From a virus (taxonomy: Duplodnaviria; Caudoviricetes): a stretch of 60,512 nt of DNA. Below, piece by piece: positions 46,129 to 55,350 of this stretch; position 1 is the stretch's first letter, and each line of letters begins with the position of its first letter. The position numbers and the translations under genes were made by a program. The notes below the pieces were generated by a model that saw nothing but the letters and a program-made list of their open reading frames with translations, was not told the DNA's origin and did no database searches. The stretch covers positions 1 to 60,512 of IMG/VR virus record IMGVR_UViG_3300011335_000429. One strand, 5' to 3'.

Positions 46129-46175
46129 GTCGAATCCTCGACACTGCCGTCTTACGGGACGGCAGTGCTTTCAGA

Positions 46176-46478
46176 TTATTTGGAGAGGCGAATCCACATT
46201 TCGCGAGTTTCACCTTCTACGCTAAACGTGGCGTAGTGTTTCCCCATCGACGCTTTTCCCGTGCCGATCACAACGCCTTTGAATGTTGCGGCGCGAATGC
46301 GGCGCGTGGCGTCCGCGATTTGTTCGGCTTGCGTGGCAATTGCCGGAGCCGCTTTCGCGGCTTTTGCCGGAACCGCAGGAGCCGCAGGAGCCACAGGAGC
46401 CGCTTGCTGCATTGCGGCGAGAACAGCGGCCACTACGGACGCTACATCAACAGCGGGTACTACAGGCTTGTTAGCCAT
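46176..46478 (-). CDS. Ala/Pro-rich early protein
   Basis: Start MANKP after GGGAG; downstream of a promoter. Confidence 0.6.
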   Translation of the reverse strand: MANKPVVPAVDVASVVAAVLAAMQQAAPVAPAAPAVPAKAAKAAPAIATQAEQIADATRRIRAATFKGVVIGTGKASMGKHYATFSVEGETREMWIRLSK

Positions 46479-46648
46479 GTCTAATGCTCCCGTTAAGGGT
46501 ACTGCGTTACCGCGTCTAACATGAGCGGCCAATGTGTTACCCGGTATCACCCGGAAAGTGCCGATTCTCTCGGCAGCTCGAATCGCTAGTTTGGGAGACT
46601 GTATCGGCATCGTGAACCTTCGCCGTGCGCCCTTGCTTGCTTGAATCC

Positions 46649-46677
46649 ATAATGCCCACTTGTGCATCAATTGTCAA
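46649..46677 (-). promoter_or_regulatory. Sigma70-type promoter TTGACA-17-CATTAT
   Basis: Consensus match; head of the leftward arm. Confidence 0.65.
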
Positions 46678-46847
46678 TCTTTTTTTGATCGGCGCACCGG
46701 CACTTTTTTGTACCCCCCCAGAGGCCAAACCGCTAGCCTCCTCTATGAGGGATTGCACCGCGCACCCAGTGACCGAATCCACGCAGCACAGTTAAACCCT
46801 AAGCCGTTAGGGTTCTGCTAGCAGCCACCCAAGTTAAACCTCACACA

Positions 46848-46876
46848 TTGACACAAAGTGTTTATAGATATAACAT
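46848..46876 (+). promoter_or_regulatory. Sigma70-type promoter TTGACA-17-TAACAT
   Basis: Consensus match; head of the rightward packaging/structural arm. Confidence 0.6.
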
Positions 46877-46882
46877 GGGTTC

Positions 46883-47089
46883 ATGCGTACCTGCCCCAAG
46901 TGCAAATCCAACTACGAAGAGGGTGAGTTTCCGGTAGATCGGTCGCGTGTTTCGGGGCGGTATCCGTACTGTAAGGCGTGTGCGGTGATGATGCAGATGC
47001 TTTGGCGTGAGAACAACCCGGATAAACACAAGGCAATCGTGGCACGCCGCCTTGCACGGATCAAAAAGAGCCATGAACAGTCCGCCTGA
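46883..47089 (+). CDS. Zn-finger protein resembling the N-terminus of EndoVII/HNH homing endonucleases
   Basis: CPKC...F..DRSRVSG....CKAC...WRENNPDK; no nuclease domain. Confidence 0.65.
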   Translation: MRTCPKCKSNYEEGEFPVDRSRVSGRYPYCKACAVMMQMLWRENNPDKHKAIVARRLARIKKSHEQSA

Positions 47090-47624
47090 CGACTCGGAGA
47101 TGATGGAAATACTCAGCCAGCAACTGGCTGTGCCGCCTGATCCGAGCAAAACGGCCCCCTACCCGCGTGGATTGGCGTTGGATTTGGCGTTACAGACGGC
47201 TTCTCTCCCTGTAATACTGGAGTCCTACAACCTGACCCCTGCGGATGCGAAGCGTATCTTCGTTAACCCCGCGTTCCGTCTGGAATACGATGAGATGGTG
47301 GCTTCCACCAGACAGGAAGGCTTCTCATTCAGGCGAAAAGCGGCGGCGCAAGCCGAGGCGTATCTGGAAGTGTTGTGGGGGATGGCAAATTCGCCGTTAA
47401 CCCCGGCGGCTGTGCGTGCAGATATCGTCAAATCAACGGTAAAGTGGGGGGCGTTGGAGAGTGCGCCAACGGCGCAGGCTGCGGGTGCGGACATGTTCAG
47501 TGCGGAGGCGCTGCGAAAGTTGCAGGAGATGCCCGATCAGGAGTTGGAAGTCAATGTGATGAAGATCATCAGCCGCAAACGTCCTGAAGCAATGAAAACA
47601 ATCACTGTGGAAAACGAAAAATGA
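47073..47624 (+). CDS. Putative terminase small subunit
   Basis: Helical 183-aa protein upstream of terL; positional inference only. Confidence 0.45.
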   Translation: MNSPPDDSEMMEILSQQLAVPPDPSKTAPYPRGLALDLALQTASLPVILESYNLTPADAKRIFVNPAFRLEYDEMVASTRQEGFSFRRKAAAQAEAYLEVLWGMANSPLTPAAVRADIVKSTVKWGALESAPTAQAAGADMFSAEALRKLQEMPDQELEVNVMKIISRKRPEAMKTITVENEK

Positions 47625-47914
47625 TCGCAGAACAACTTGGATTGCATCGTAGACCGAAGGTACTGGAGTTTCGTGTGGTGGATGTGTTGAATGAAGCGTC
47701 GTATTTGGAGGCAGCGAAGTTACTGCGAGAGCGGGGTGACTTACCACTAATGCTGTTTGTGCAGGATGACCACGTGATGCCAGAGTTTGCCGAGTGGCTG
47801 TGGAATAACCACCGGGTGACGAGTTTTATGATGTTGCCGGTCGGTCTGTTGAATTCGCCGTCGCGGTGGGCGTTGGCGGGGCATAAATACACGGTGTTGG
47901 GCGGGTTGACTTGA
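47621..47914 (+). CDS. Hypothetical protein
   Basis: ATGA and TTGA coupling. Confidence 0.55.
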   Translation: MIAEQLGLHRRPKVLEFRVVDVLNEASYLEAAKLLRERGDLPLMLFVQDDHVMPEFAEWLWNNHRVTSFMMLPVGLLNSPSRWALAGHKYTVLGGLT

Positions 47915-50436
47915 TCCTATCGGAAGACGACTTCGATTTCTCGGCATTTGCGCCGAAGGAAGTGGTATTGATAAGGGAGTACCTGCGAAGGAAAGCAGTA
48001 CGGGCCAAAGGCGAGAAATTCATCGACTACGTGCAGGCGTTATGGCCTTGGTTTATTGTGGAAGCGGTGCACGTCATGATCGCTGACTATTTTGAGAAGC
48101 TGTTGGCAGGTGAAATTGACCGACTGATGATTAACATGCCTCCGCGTACTGGGAAAAGCGTGATGACATCCGAGGCGCTGCCTGCGTGGTGGATTGGGCA
48201 CTTCCCAACAGACAAAATACTGCACACAAGTTATGCGCTTGGGTTGGTGGAAAAGTTTGGCAGGAAAATCCGCAACTCGTTGGCAGACCCCGCGTATCAG
48301 GAAATGTTTCCCGGCACCCGGTTGGCAAAAGACAGCAAGGCCAGTGCGCAGTGGGCGACGGCGGTGGGGGGCGAGTACAACGCGGCGGGGTTGGGGGGTG
48401 GCGTGGCGGGTAAGGGCTGGAACCTCGGCATCATTGATGACCCAACGTCTGAGCAGGACGCATTTTCAAAAACTGCGCACGATAATGCGTTTGAGTGGTA
48501 CGGCGCGGGGTTTTACACCAGACGGCAACCGGACAGGAATGCTGTGGTGGTGACACAGTGTATGACAGGCGATACCCCCGTCCTGATGGCAAGTGGAACA
48601 GAAAAACCACTGCGTCACATCCAACCCGGTGATGAAGTGGCGACATACGAGAACGGGGCGTTGACTACTACCCGCGTAGCTGCGTGGCGGTCAAATGGTA
48701 TAGATGCCATATATACGGTGCACACACGATCTGGTAGAATACTCCGTGCTAACGAGCGACACCCGTTTCTTGTTGAGCAAAACGGAGAGCGAAAATGGGT
48801 GAGACTGCGCGACCTGACACCGGGCCTTGGCCTTGTACTACTGAAGGGTGTACTAGACTTGGGCGGACAAAAACCAGACCGGGAAAATGCAACGCTTGCA
48901 CGGCCTCCAAGTCGTATCACAAAAAACACCCTGATGCGCCGTATCGCCCGGTGGGGCATCATGGTAAGTGGAAAGGTAAATTCTGTATTGATGAAGCGTG
49001 CGCAGAACCCGCTATCATCCATGGATACTGCGCTTCACACCACCAGAAATTTCTTTGGTTGGTTGGGCACCGCAGTGCTTCGTATAGTCCCGAGTATCGA
49101 CGTAACGACCATCTTAAACGGCGCTACGGGATTACAACAAAACAATTCGACAAACTTTTTTGTGAACAGAAATACGTTTGCGCCGTATGTAAACAACCCC
49201 CATCAAAACACAATACTCGCGCACATTGGAACGGTAAGCTATGCGTCGATCACGACCACACAACGGGGCGTGTACGAGGGTTGTTGTGTAACGACTGCAA
49301 CCTCGCAGTCGGATACGCAAAGACCGCAGCTACAGCAGATGCAGTGGCGCAATATCTCCAACTTCACGGTGGATCGGATAACGGCGATAGTTCCTGATGG
49401 GCGGGAAGAAGTATTCGACGTAGAAATTGAACGCACGGAAAATTTCATTGCTAATGGATTTGTCAGCCATAACACCCGTTGGCGCACCGACGATTTGACC
49501 GGGCGGCTGTTGGAGGAAGAAAGGAAAGACGAGGGGGCGGACAAATGGACACTGCTTAAAATCCCCGCCATTTTGGATGAAGAGGGTGCGGATATGTTGA
49601 ATAAATACGCAAACCACCCCGCGATTAAGGTGCCGTGCAGGTACAGGGAAGGGGACAGCTTTGCGCCGCAGCGATGGCCGTTGGTGGAAATCAACCGCAC
49701 GATCAACCAGATCAGCAGGAAGGCGCAAGCGTCCCTGTACCGGCAAAGCCCCACGGAAGAAGAGGGTTCGATACTGTTAAGGAAATGGTGGCAGGTGTGG
49801 GAAAACGAGCCGCCGAAAGTGGAGTTTGTTATACAGTCCTACGACACGGCGTTTGAAGAATCCGAGCGAAACGACTTCTCGGCACGGACGACGTGGGGGG
49901 TATTCAAGTACGAGAAGACGAACCAGTACTGCGCGATACTGCTGGAAGCGATGGAAAAACGCCTTAATTTCCCCGACTTGCGACAAAACGCGTGGGAATC
50001 GTACCAGCAGTACAAGCCGGATCGCGTGATCGTGGAGAAGAAAGCCTCCGGTCACAGCTTGATCCAAGAACTGAGAAAACGCGGCGTGCCGATAACGGCG
50101 AGTCAGGCAAAAGGCTCCAAGGAAAGTCGTATGGATACGGCATCAGTACCCCTTGAGGCCGGGAACGTATACTATTTCGACACGCGTTGGGCTAATGCGG
50201 TGGTAGACCATTGCGCGGTGTTTCCGAACGGGCCAAATGATGACTTGGCTGACAGCGTGGCACACGCCTTGATTTGGCTGCGTAAAACGTTTCATTTGGA
50301 TGCCCGGTCAGATCGGCGCTTTGACAAGGATGCCGTTGAGGACGACGCGAATGAAAGATTTGCCGTTACCCCCCAGAGAAGTTACGCTGTACGGCGCACC
50401 GGCACCCGGATGCGCATAGGAGAAAGACATGGCTAA
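47911..50436 (+). CDS. terL: Terminase large subunit containing an intein
   Basis: Walker A MPPRTGKS, Walker B GIIDD, coupling motif VVVTQ/TRW split by the intein, nuclease motifs SYDTA, VEKKASG and DDLADS. Confidence 0.95.
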   Translation: MILSEDDFDFSAFAPKEVVLIREYLRRKAVRAKGEKFIDYVQALWPWFIVEAVHVMIADYFEKLLAGEIDRLMINMPPRTGKSVMTSEALPAWWIGHFPTDKILHTSYALGLVEKFGRKIRNSLADPAYQEMFPGTRLAKDSKASAQWATAVGGEYNAAGLGGGVAGKGWNLGIIDDPTSEQDAFSKTAHDNAFEWYGAGFYTRRQPDRNAVVVTQCMTGDTPVLMASGTEKPLRHIQPGDEVATYENGALTTTRVAAWRSNGIDAIYTVHTRSGRILRANERHPFLVEQNGERKWVRLRDLTPGLGLVLLKGVLDLGGQKPDRENATLARPPSRITKNTLMRRIARWGIMVSGKVNSVLMKRAQNPLSSMDTALHTTRNFFGWLGTAVLRIVPSIDVTTILNGATGLQQNNSTNFFVNRNTFAPYVNNPHQNTILAHIGTVSYASITTTQRGVYEGCCVTTATSQSDTQRPQLQQMQWRNISNFTVDRITAIVPDGREEVFDVEIERTENFIANGFVSHNTRWRTDDLTGRLLEEERKDEGADKWTLLKIPAILDEEGADMLNKYANHPAIKVPCRYREGDSFAPQRWPLVEINRTINQISRKAQASLYRQSPTEEEGSILLRKWWQVWENEPPKVEFVIQSYDTAFEESERNDFSARTTWGVFKYEKTNQYCAILLEAMEKRLNFPDLRQNAWESYQQYKPDRVIVEKKASGHSLIQELRKRGVPITASQAKGSKESRMDTASVPLEAGNVYYFDTRWANAVVDHCAVFPNGPNDDLADSVAHALIWLRKTFHLDARSDRRFDKDAVEDDANERFAVTPQRSYAVRRTGTRMRIGERHG
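48559..49473 (+). mobile_element. Intein (305 aa) in TerL
   Basis: Block A CMTGDTPVLMASG, block B ANERHPF, block F VFDVEIE, block G NFIANGFVSHN followed by Thr(+1). Confidence 0.93.
48795..49397 (+). CDS. Endonuclease VII-family (His-Me finger) homing endonuclease, out of frame inside the intein
   Basis: LKRRYGIT...Q...CAVC...LCVDHDHTTGRVRGLLCNDCNLAVG; N-terminal Cys/His zinc fingers; GGAGAG RBS before the ATG. Confidence 0.9.
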   Translation: MGETARPDTGPWPCTTEGCTRLGRTKTRPGKCNACTASKSYHKKHPDAPYRPVGHHGKWKGKFCIDEACAEPAIIHGYCASHHQKFLWLVGHRSASYSPEYRRNDHLKRRYGITTKQFDKLFCEQKYVCAVCKQPPSKHNTRAHWNGKLCVDHDHTTGRVRGLLCNDCNLAVGYAKTAATADAVAQYLQLHGGSDNGDSS

Positions 50437-53005
50437 ATCAATTGGAATGTTGAAGGTACAACCCGGTGCGCTCGAAGATATTTCGCTAACCCCCGGTGAA
50501 ATAGAAATTAACTTCGGTGTTACGCCGATTGATGAGATGGAAGCGTTTACTGTTGACCCTGAAACGGGTGACATAACCGAGAGCGGTGCGGAAGAAGATG
50601 CGGAGGCGACGGAAATCCAGAATGCGGCGTTTAATGACAACCTCGCGTGCTGCATGGAAGAAGATGACCTTGAAGATATTGGCACCAGTGTGTTGGAAAT
50701 GGTCAAGAACGACATCGATAGTCGTAAGGATTGGTATGAAAAACTGAAAGAAGGGTTGCAGCGTCTTGGTGTGTACAACCCCGACTCGGATGCGGACACC
50801 GGGATTGCAAAGGTTACGCACCCCCTCCTGTTGGAAGCGGCAACACAGTTTCAGGCCCGTGCGATGACGGAGTTGCTGCCCCCCGGTGGCCCGGTAAAAT
50901 CGTTTATCGAAGGGCTGAGTGACGAGGCTGTGCAAGCGCAAGCAAGCCGCGTCGAGCGGTATATGAACTACCAGCTTACGATTGAAGATCGGTCGTATTA
51001 CGACGAGCGCGACCAAATGATGTTCCTCCTGCCCTTCACCGGCAGCGAGTTTGACAAACAGTATTACTGCCCTGCAACAGAACGGGTGTTGAGTCGGTGG
51101 GTGCATTGCGACGACTTTATTGTGCCGTACAACACCAAGACACTGGAGGAAGCAACCCGCTACACCCACGTCGTTCGGATGACGGGCAATCAGCTTCGTG
51201 CTGCGATGGCGGCGGGGGTTTATGACGAAGTTGATTTGGGCGAACCAGTCAGTACGGATTTGAGCGAAGCGCCGTTGACATCCAAACTGCAGGAACTCGA
51301 CGGCCAGATTAAAGTCGATACGCTGGACGCAGACAAGGAATACACGCTGTACGAAGTGCACATTGATTACGATGTGGAAGGGCTAGTGGAAGCCGCACCG
51401 CTCCCGTTCATGATTACCATCGACAGCGAAACCGGCAAGGTTCTGAGTATCTACAGGAACTGGAAAGAAACGGATCGGCTACAACGTAAACGCATTCGGT
51501 TTACCCACAAGAAGTTCCTCCCCGGATTTGGGTTTTATGGATTCGGGTTGCTGCACTGCATTGGTAATTTGGGAGATGCGGCAAGCGAAATCCTGCGCAT
51601 TTTGATTGATTCCGGTGCGTTTGCCACGTTGCAGGGTGGATTCAAGTCCATCGACGCGAAGATCAAGGGCGATGTGATCCTGCAGCCCGGTCAGTGGCAA
51701 GACACCGAGATGACGGCGGATGAGTTGCAACGTGCGTTCTACACGCCCCCGTGGAAGGAACCCAGCCCAACGCTTGAGAAGTTGTTGGGAGTGCTGGTCG
51801 ATGCAGGGCAGAGATTTGCGTCTACTACGGAAACGATGACGGGCGATGCCGCGACGACTGGCCCGGTGGGGACGATGGTTGCGCAGATTGAACAGGGGAG
51901 CAAGGTGTTCTCCGGTATCCATAAGCGCCTGCACAAAGCGTTTGGTGATGAGTTTCTGCACATCGCTGAGTTGAATGGCGAGTATTTGCCTGACGCTTAT
52001 CCGTATCGTATGCAGACGCAGGAACAGAACGTGTTGCGTGCGGACTTTGATGGGCGCGTTGACATCATTCCTGTATCTGACCCGAACATCTTCTCCAGCG
52101 CACAACGCATCGCATTGGCGCAGTCGGCATTCCAGATGACAACGCAGTTGCCTGATATGGGTGATCGGCGTGAAGCGGCGGTGCAGTTGCTGACGGCGCT
52201 GCGTTATCCGAACCCGGAGAAGATATTTCCCAAACCAGCCGATGCGCAACGTGTTGACCCATTGAACGAAGGCTCCGTGATGTTGATGGGACGACCCATT
52301 AAAGCATTCTTGGATCAGGATCACACGTCGCACATGACGGTACACCAAGGGCAGATACAAGGACTACCGCCGCAATATCACCCGCTCATGACGGCGCATA
52401 TCGCTGAACACATGGCAATGGCGCAGTATATGAAGTTTGTAATGATGGGCGTGCAGTTGCCCCCTGTGAAGTGGGATGCGGAGAAGACCCTCCCGATGAT
52501 GCCTAACCTGCCGCCTGAAATTGAAACGCAGATTGCCAAGGCGTCGGCACAGGCAATGCAACAGATGATGCAGCAACTCCAGCAACAACAAGCCGCTCAA
52601 CAGGGTCAGCAACCCCAAGGTGGCGCGAATCCGCAAGCGGATGCAGCAGCAGCAACACAACAGAAATTGCAGGCGCAGGATGCGGAGTTTAAACAAAAAC
52701 TGCAACACAAGGATGCGGAGTTCCAATCCGAGCAACAACGCAAGAACGCGGAACTGGCTGCAAATGTGGATCGTGAAGACGCTCTATCGGGGATTTCTCC
52801 CGATATGGTGAAACAGGCACAGGAGTTCATCACAAATTCCGGGGTGCAAATGTCGCCGCGTGAACTGGCGGTGTTGTCTAAGGCGCTTGGGGCACCGTTT
52901 GATAAGGTCATACAGGCAATATCGCGTATGCAGATGGGTGGTCAGGGCGCTGGGCCAGTGCCTATCGTGACTAATTTTGAACAGAACCCGGCCAGATTTA
53001 CATAA
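50429..53005 (+). CDS. Portal protein
   Basis: HPLLLEAATQFQARA, YMNYQL, FLPGFGFYGFGL and PVGT motifs; follows terL; Gln-rich C-terminal barrel region. Confidence 0.88.
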   Translation: MAKSIGMLKVQPGALEDISLTPGEIEINFGVTPIDEMEAFTVDPETGDITESGAEEDAEATEIQNAAFNDNLACCMEEDDLEDIGTSVLEMVKNDIDSRKDWYEKLKEGLQRLGVYNPDSDADTGIAKVTHPLLLEAATQFQARAMTELLPPGGPVKSFIEGLSDEAVQAQASRVERYMNYQLTIEDRSYYDERDQMMFLLPFTGSEFDKQYYCPATERVLSRWVHCDDFIVPYNTKTLEEATRYTHVVRMTGNQLRAAMAAGVYDEVDLGEPVSTDLSEAPLTSKLQELDGQIKVDTLDADKEYTLYEVHIDYDVEGLVEAAPLPFMITIDSETGKVLSIYRNWKETDRLQRKRIRFTHKKFLPGFGFYGFGLLHCIGNLGDAASEILRILIDSGAFATLQGGFKSIDAKIKGDVILQPGQWQDTEMTADELQRAFYTPPWKEPSPTLEKLLGVLVDAGQRFASTTETMTGDAATTGPVGTMVAQIEQGSKVFSGIHKRLHKAFGDEFLHIAELNGEYLPDAYPYRMQTQEQNVLRADFDGRVDIIPVSDPNIFSSAQRIALAQSAFQMTTQLPDMGDRREAAVQLLTALRYPNPEKIFPKPADAQRVDPLNEGSVMLMGRPIKAFLDQDHTSHMTVHQGQIQGLPPQYHPLMTAHIAEHMAMAQYMKFVMMGVQLPPVKWDAEKTLPMMPNLPPEIETQIAKASAQAMQQMMQQLQQQQAAQQGQQPQGGANPQADAAAATQQKLQAQDAEFKQKLQHKDAEFQSEQQRKNAELAANVDREDALSGISPDMVKQAQEFITNSGVQMSPRELAVLSKALGAPFDKVIQAISRMQMGGQGAGPVPIVTNFEQNPARFT

Positions 53006-53015
53006 AGGAGAACTG

Positions 53016-53222
53016 ATGAACAGCATGATGGATTTACGGGATGCGCTGCGTTTGTGCCTAGACAAGAAAATAGCCGACAACATGCGCAAGATCGGCAGTG
53101 GGCAAGCAAAAGACTACGCCGAGTACAAGAGCAGCACGGGCCGTGTGCAAGGTTTGAACGATGCTCGGGTACTGATGGACGAAGTCTTTGCAAAACTACT
53201 TAACTCGGGAGATGACGAATAA
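53016..53222 (+). CDS. Small conserved head-module protein
   Basis: AAGGAG RBS; G.AKDYAEYK...G...GL motif. Confidence 0.7.
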   Translation: MNSMMDLRDALRLCLDKKIADNMRKIGSGQAKDYAEYKSSTGRVQGLNDARVLMDEVFAKLLNSGDDE

Positions 53223-53581
53223 TGGAACCGGTTGATATGGTGAACGACCCGAACAGGCCGCGTCCTATTTTTTGGCGCGTGTTGGTTCAACCCAACGTGG
53301 CGCAGTCGGTATCAAAAGGCGGGATTGCACTACCTGACGATACGCGGGATTCGCAGGACATCCTGAATTACATCGGACGCATTGTTGCGATGGGTAAGCT
53401 GGCGTACACACATGCGCGTTTGCAGGGGGAGGATGATATGCCCAAGGTCGGTGACTGGGTGATCTATGGGCGTTACGCGGGGCAGATGTTGTCCTACAAG
53501 GGCGTAAAACTTCTGATGATTAACGACGATGAAGTGCTTGGCATTGCGCCCGACCCCGACTCACTTAAAATCTACGTATAA
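53222..53581 (+). CDS. groES: Co-chaperonin GroES-like protein
   Basis: RP...RVLV, SKGGIALP, KVGDWVIYGRYAG and INDDEVLG motifs. Confidence 0.9.
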   Translation: MEPVDMVNDPNRPRPIFWRVLVQPNVAQSVSKGGIALPDDTRDSQDILNYIGRIVAMGKLAYTHARLQGEDDMPKVGDWVIYGRYAGQMLSYKGVKLLMINDDEVLGIAPDPDSLKIYV

Positions 53582-53590
53582 GGACACATC

Positions 53591-54634
53591 ATGGCACTGC
53601 CTGACGGAAAGCCGATTGTTGACGAAGACGAAGCAGATGCGGCTGATGGGCTGCAACCGCTTGACCTTAATGCAGTCGCATCAGTTCAGCCTGACGACGA
53701 TATTGAAGTAAGTATCGAAGAAGACGCACCGGCTGCACCGGTTGCTGCCGACCAAGCTGAAGCACCTGATGAAAGCGAAACACCTGCCGCCGACACTGGT
53801 GAAGACCCTGCCGATACGGAATACAAAGGGTTCACACCTGCAATTCAAAAACGCATTCAACGCGAGATTAGGATTCGGCGTACTGCTGAAGCTGCGGCTA
53901 ATGCGGCGGTCGGACAACGTGCGGAATTTGAAGCGCGTGCAACACAGCGTGAAACAGAAGCTGAAAATCTGCGCGTCAACAACCTTGAGTTGCAACGCAA
54001 CTACGCGGAAGTCCTGATCCATGCGTTTAGCAAGGAGATGGATGTAAAACAGCGTGACCTAAAGGCGGCGCGTGATGGCGCAGATTTTGAAGTAGAGCAA
54101 AAAATCCAAGGGGAAATTGATGACTTGCGTTTCAAACAAAACCAAGTCAAGGATATGCACAGTCGCATTCCTGCTGCGCCGGAAAGAAAGGCGGCATCGG
54201 CTCAAGCTGTGGAAGCGACTTCTACGCCGACTCCCGCACGGCGTCCCACGCCCCCAACAAACCCAATTGCAGCGCAGTGGATGACAAAGAACGCAAGTTG
54301 GTTTAACCACGATAAATTTAAAACGCAGCGTCGGTATGCGTTGGTGGTGGATGCGGAGTTAGCATCGGAAGGATACGACCAGAAATCATCTGATTACTAT
54401 CAGGAATTGGATCAACGCATTGATGCAGCTTTCCCCACGCTTCGTCGGAAGAAAAACACGGTGGATGCGCCAACTGCGGGGGCTTCGGCTCCGAGCGCGG
54501 GTAGGAGCAATAGCAGTAAGGTTGTACTGCGCCAATCTGACCTTGCCACAATGCGTCAGTTTGGACTAGACCCATCAAATAAAATGCATTTAAAAGAATT
54601 TGCACGTCAGATGAAAGATAACACCGGAGCCTGA
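53591..54634 (+). CDS. Putative capsid scaffolding protein
   Basis: Acidic N-terminus, coiled coil, W...N.WF and YY.ELD.RI...FP motifs; between portal and capsid. Confidence 0.7.
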   Translation: MALPDGKPIVDEDEADAADGLQPLDLNAVASVQPDDDIEVSIEEDAPAAPVAADQAEAPDESETPAADTGEDPADTEYKGFTPAIQKRIQREIRIRRTAEAAANAAVGQRAEFEARATQRETEAENLRVNNLELQRNYAEVLIHAFSKEMDVKQRDLKAARDGADFEVEQKIQGEIDDLRFKQNQVKDMHSRIPAAPERKAASAQAVEATSTPTPARRPTPPTNPIAAQWMTKNASWFNHDKFKTQRRYALVVDAELASEGYDQKSSDYYQELDQRIDAAFPTLRRKKNTVDAPTAGASAPSAGRSNSSKVVLRQSDLATMRQFGLDPSNKMHLKEFARQMKDNTGA

Positions 54635-54638
54635 TATC

Positions 54639-55196
54639 ATGAAAAATACACAGCAGATTGATGACGATATTCCTATCCCCGGCAGTGTGTCGCTGTCTCG
54701 TGAGCGTGCGCGTGAACCGGTACATGAGTCTCGCGAGTACGAAACGTATGAACTGTCGGATGCAAACAAGTCCGAGGCTGACAAACCATGGGTTCGTCCT
54801 ACCAGCCTTGAAGCGCCCCCCGCACGCCCCGGATTTGCACAGCGGTGGATCAGGGTTGCTATCCGCAACGACCCAGACCCGACAAATACGTCCCGCAAAT
54901 TCCGCGAAGGGTGGAAGCCGCGTGCGGCATCTACGGTGCCGTCGTCATACCAAGCGCCCACTATTGCGCATGGGAAATGGGCGGGAACCATTGGTGTCGA
55001 AGGTATGGTGCTGTGCGAGATGCCTACCAAAATGGTGGAAAAACGTCGTAAGTTTTACGCGGGTGAGACACGCCGTGTGACTAGTGCTATTGAGACAGAA
55101 CTGCAGGCGCAAAGCCACCCGTCCATGCAGATCACGCAGGAACGCTCCAGTAAGCTGGTTCGGGAGGTAAAACCGATGACTGACGGAGAAAGTTGA
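54639..55196 (+). CDS. Conserved head-module protein
   Basis: W.RPTSL.AP...PG...RWIR and REGW motifs. Confidence 0.65.
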   Translation: MKNTQQIDDDIPIPGSVSLSRERAREPVHESREYETYELSDANKSEADKPWVRPTSLEAPPARPGFAQRWIRVAIRNDPDPTNTSRKFREGWKPRAASTVPSSYQAPTIAHGKWAGTIGVEGMVLCEMPTKMVEKRRKFYAGETRRVTSAIETELQAQSHPSMQITQERSSKLVREVKPMTDGES

Positions 55197-55221
55197 CATC
55201 TTCTAAAAGGTGGAGTAGAAA

Positions 55222-55250
55222 GGGCACATCACGGTGTGCCTTTTTTATTT
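55222..55250 (+). terminator. Rho-independent terminator
   Basis: GGCACA(TCACGG)TGTGCC followed by TTTTTTATTT. Confidence 0.75.
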
Positions 55251-55350
55251 TAGGGGGCAAATCCGGTGGCGCTGACGTGTAGAACTTTCAGTCGAGCGAG
55301 AGTAGAGAGGAAGCGGGTTTCTTTTCAATTTCGTTTTATGGAGGTTTCTC

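Noticed and set aside
46058-46365. 21-bp repeat GGAGCCGCTTTCGCGGCTTTT in two adjacent early genes
   Set aside because: Encodes KAAKAAP in both; may reflect low-complexity coding or an old duplication, too little to claim a function.
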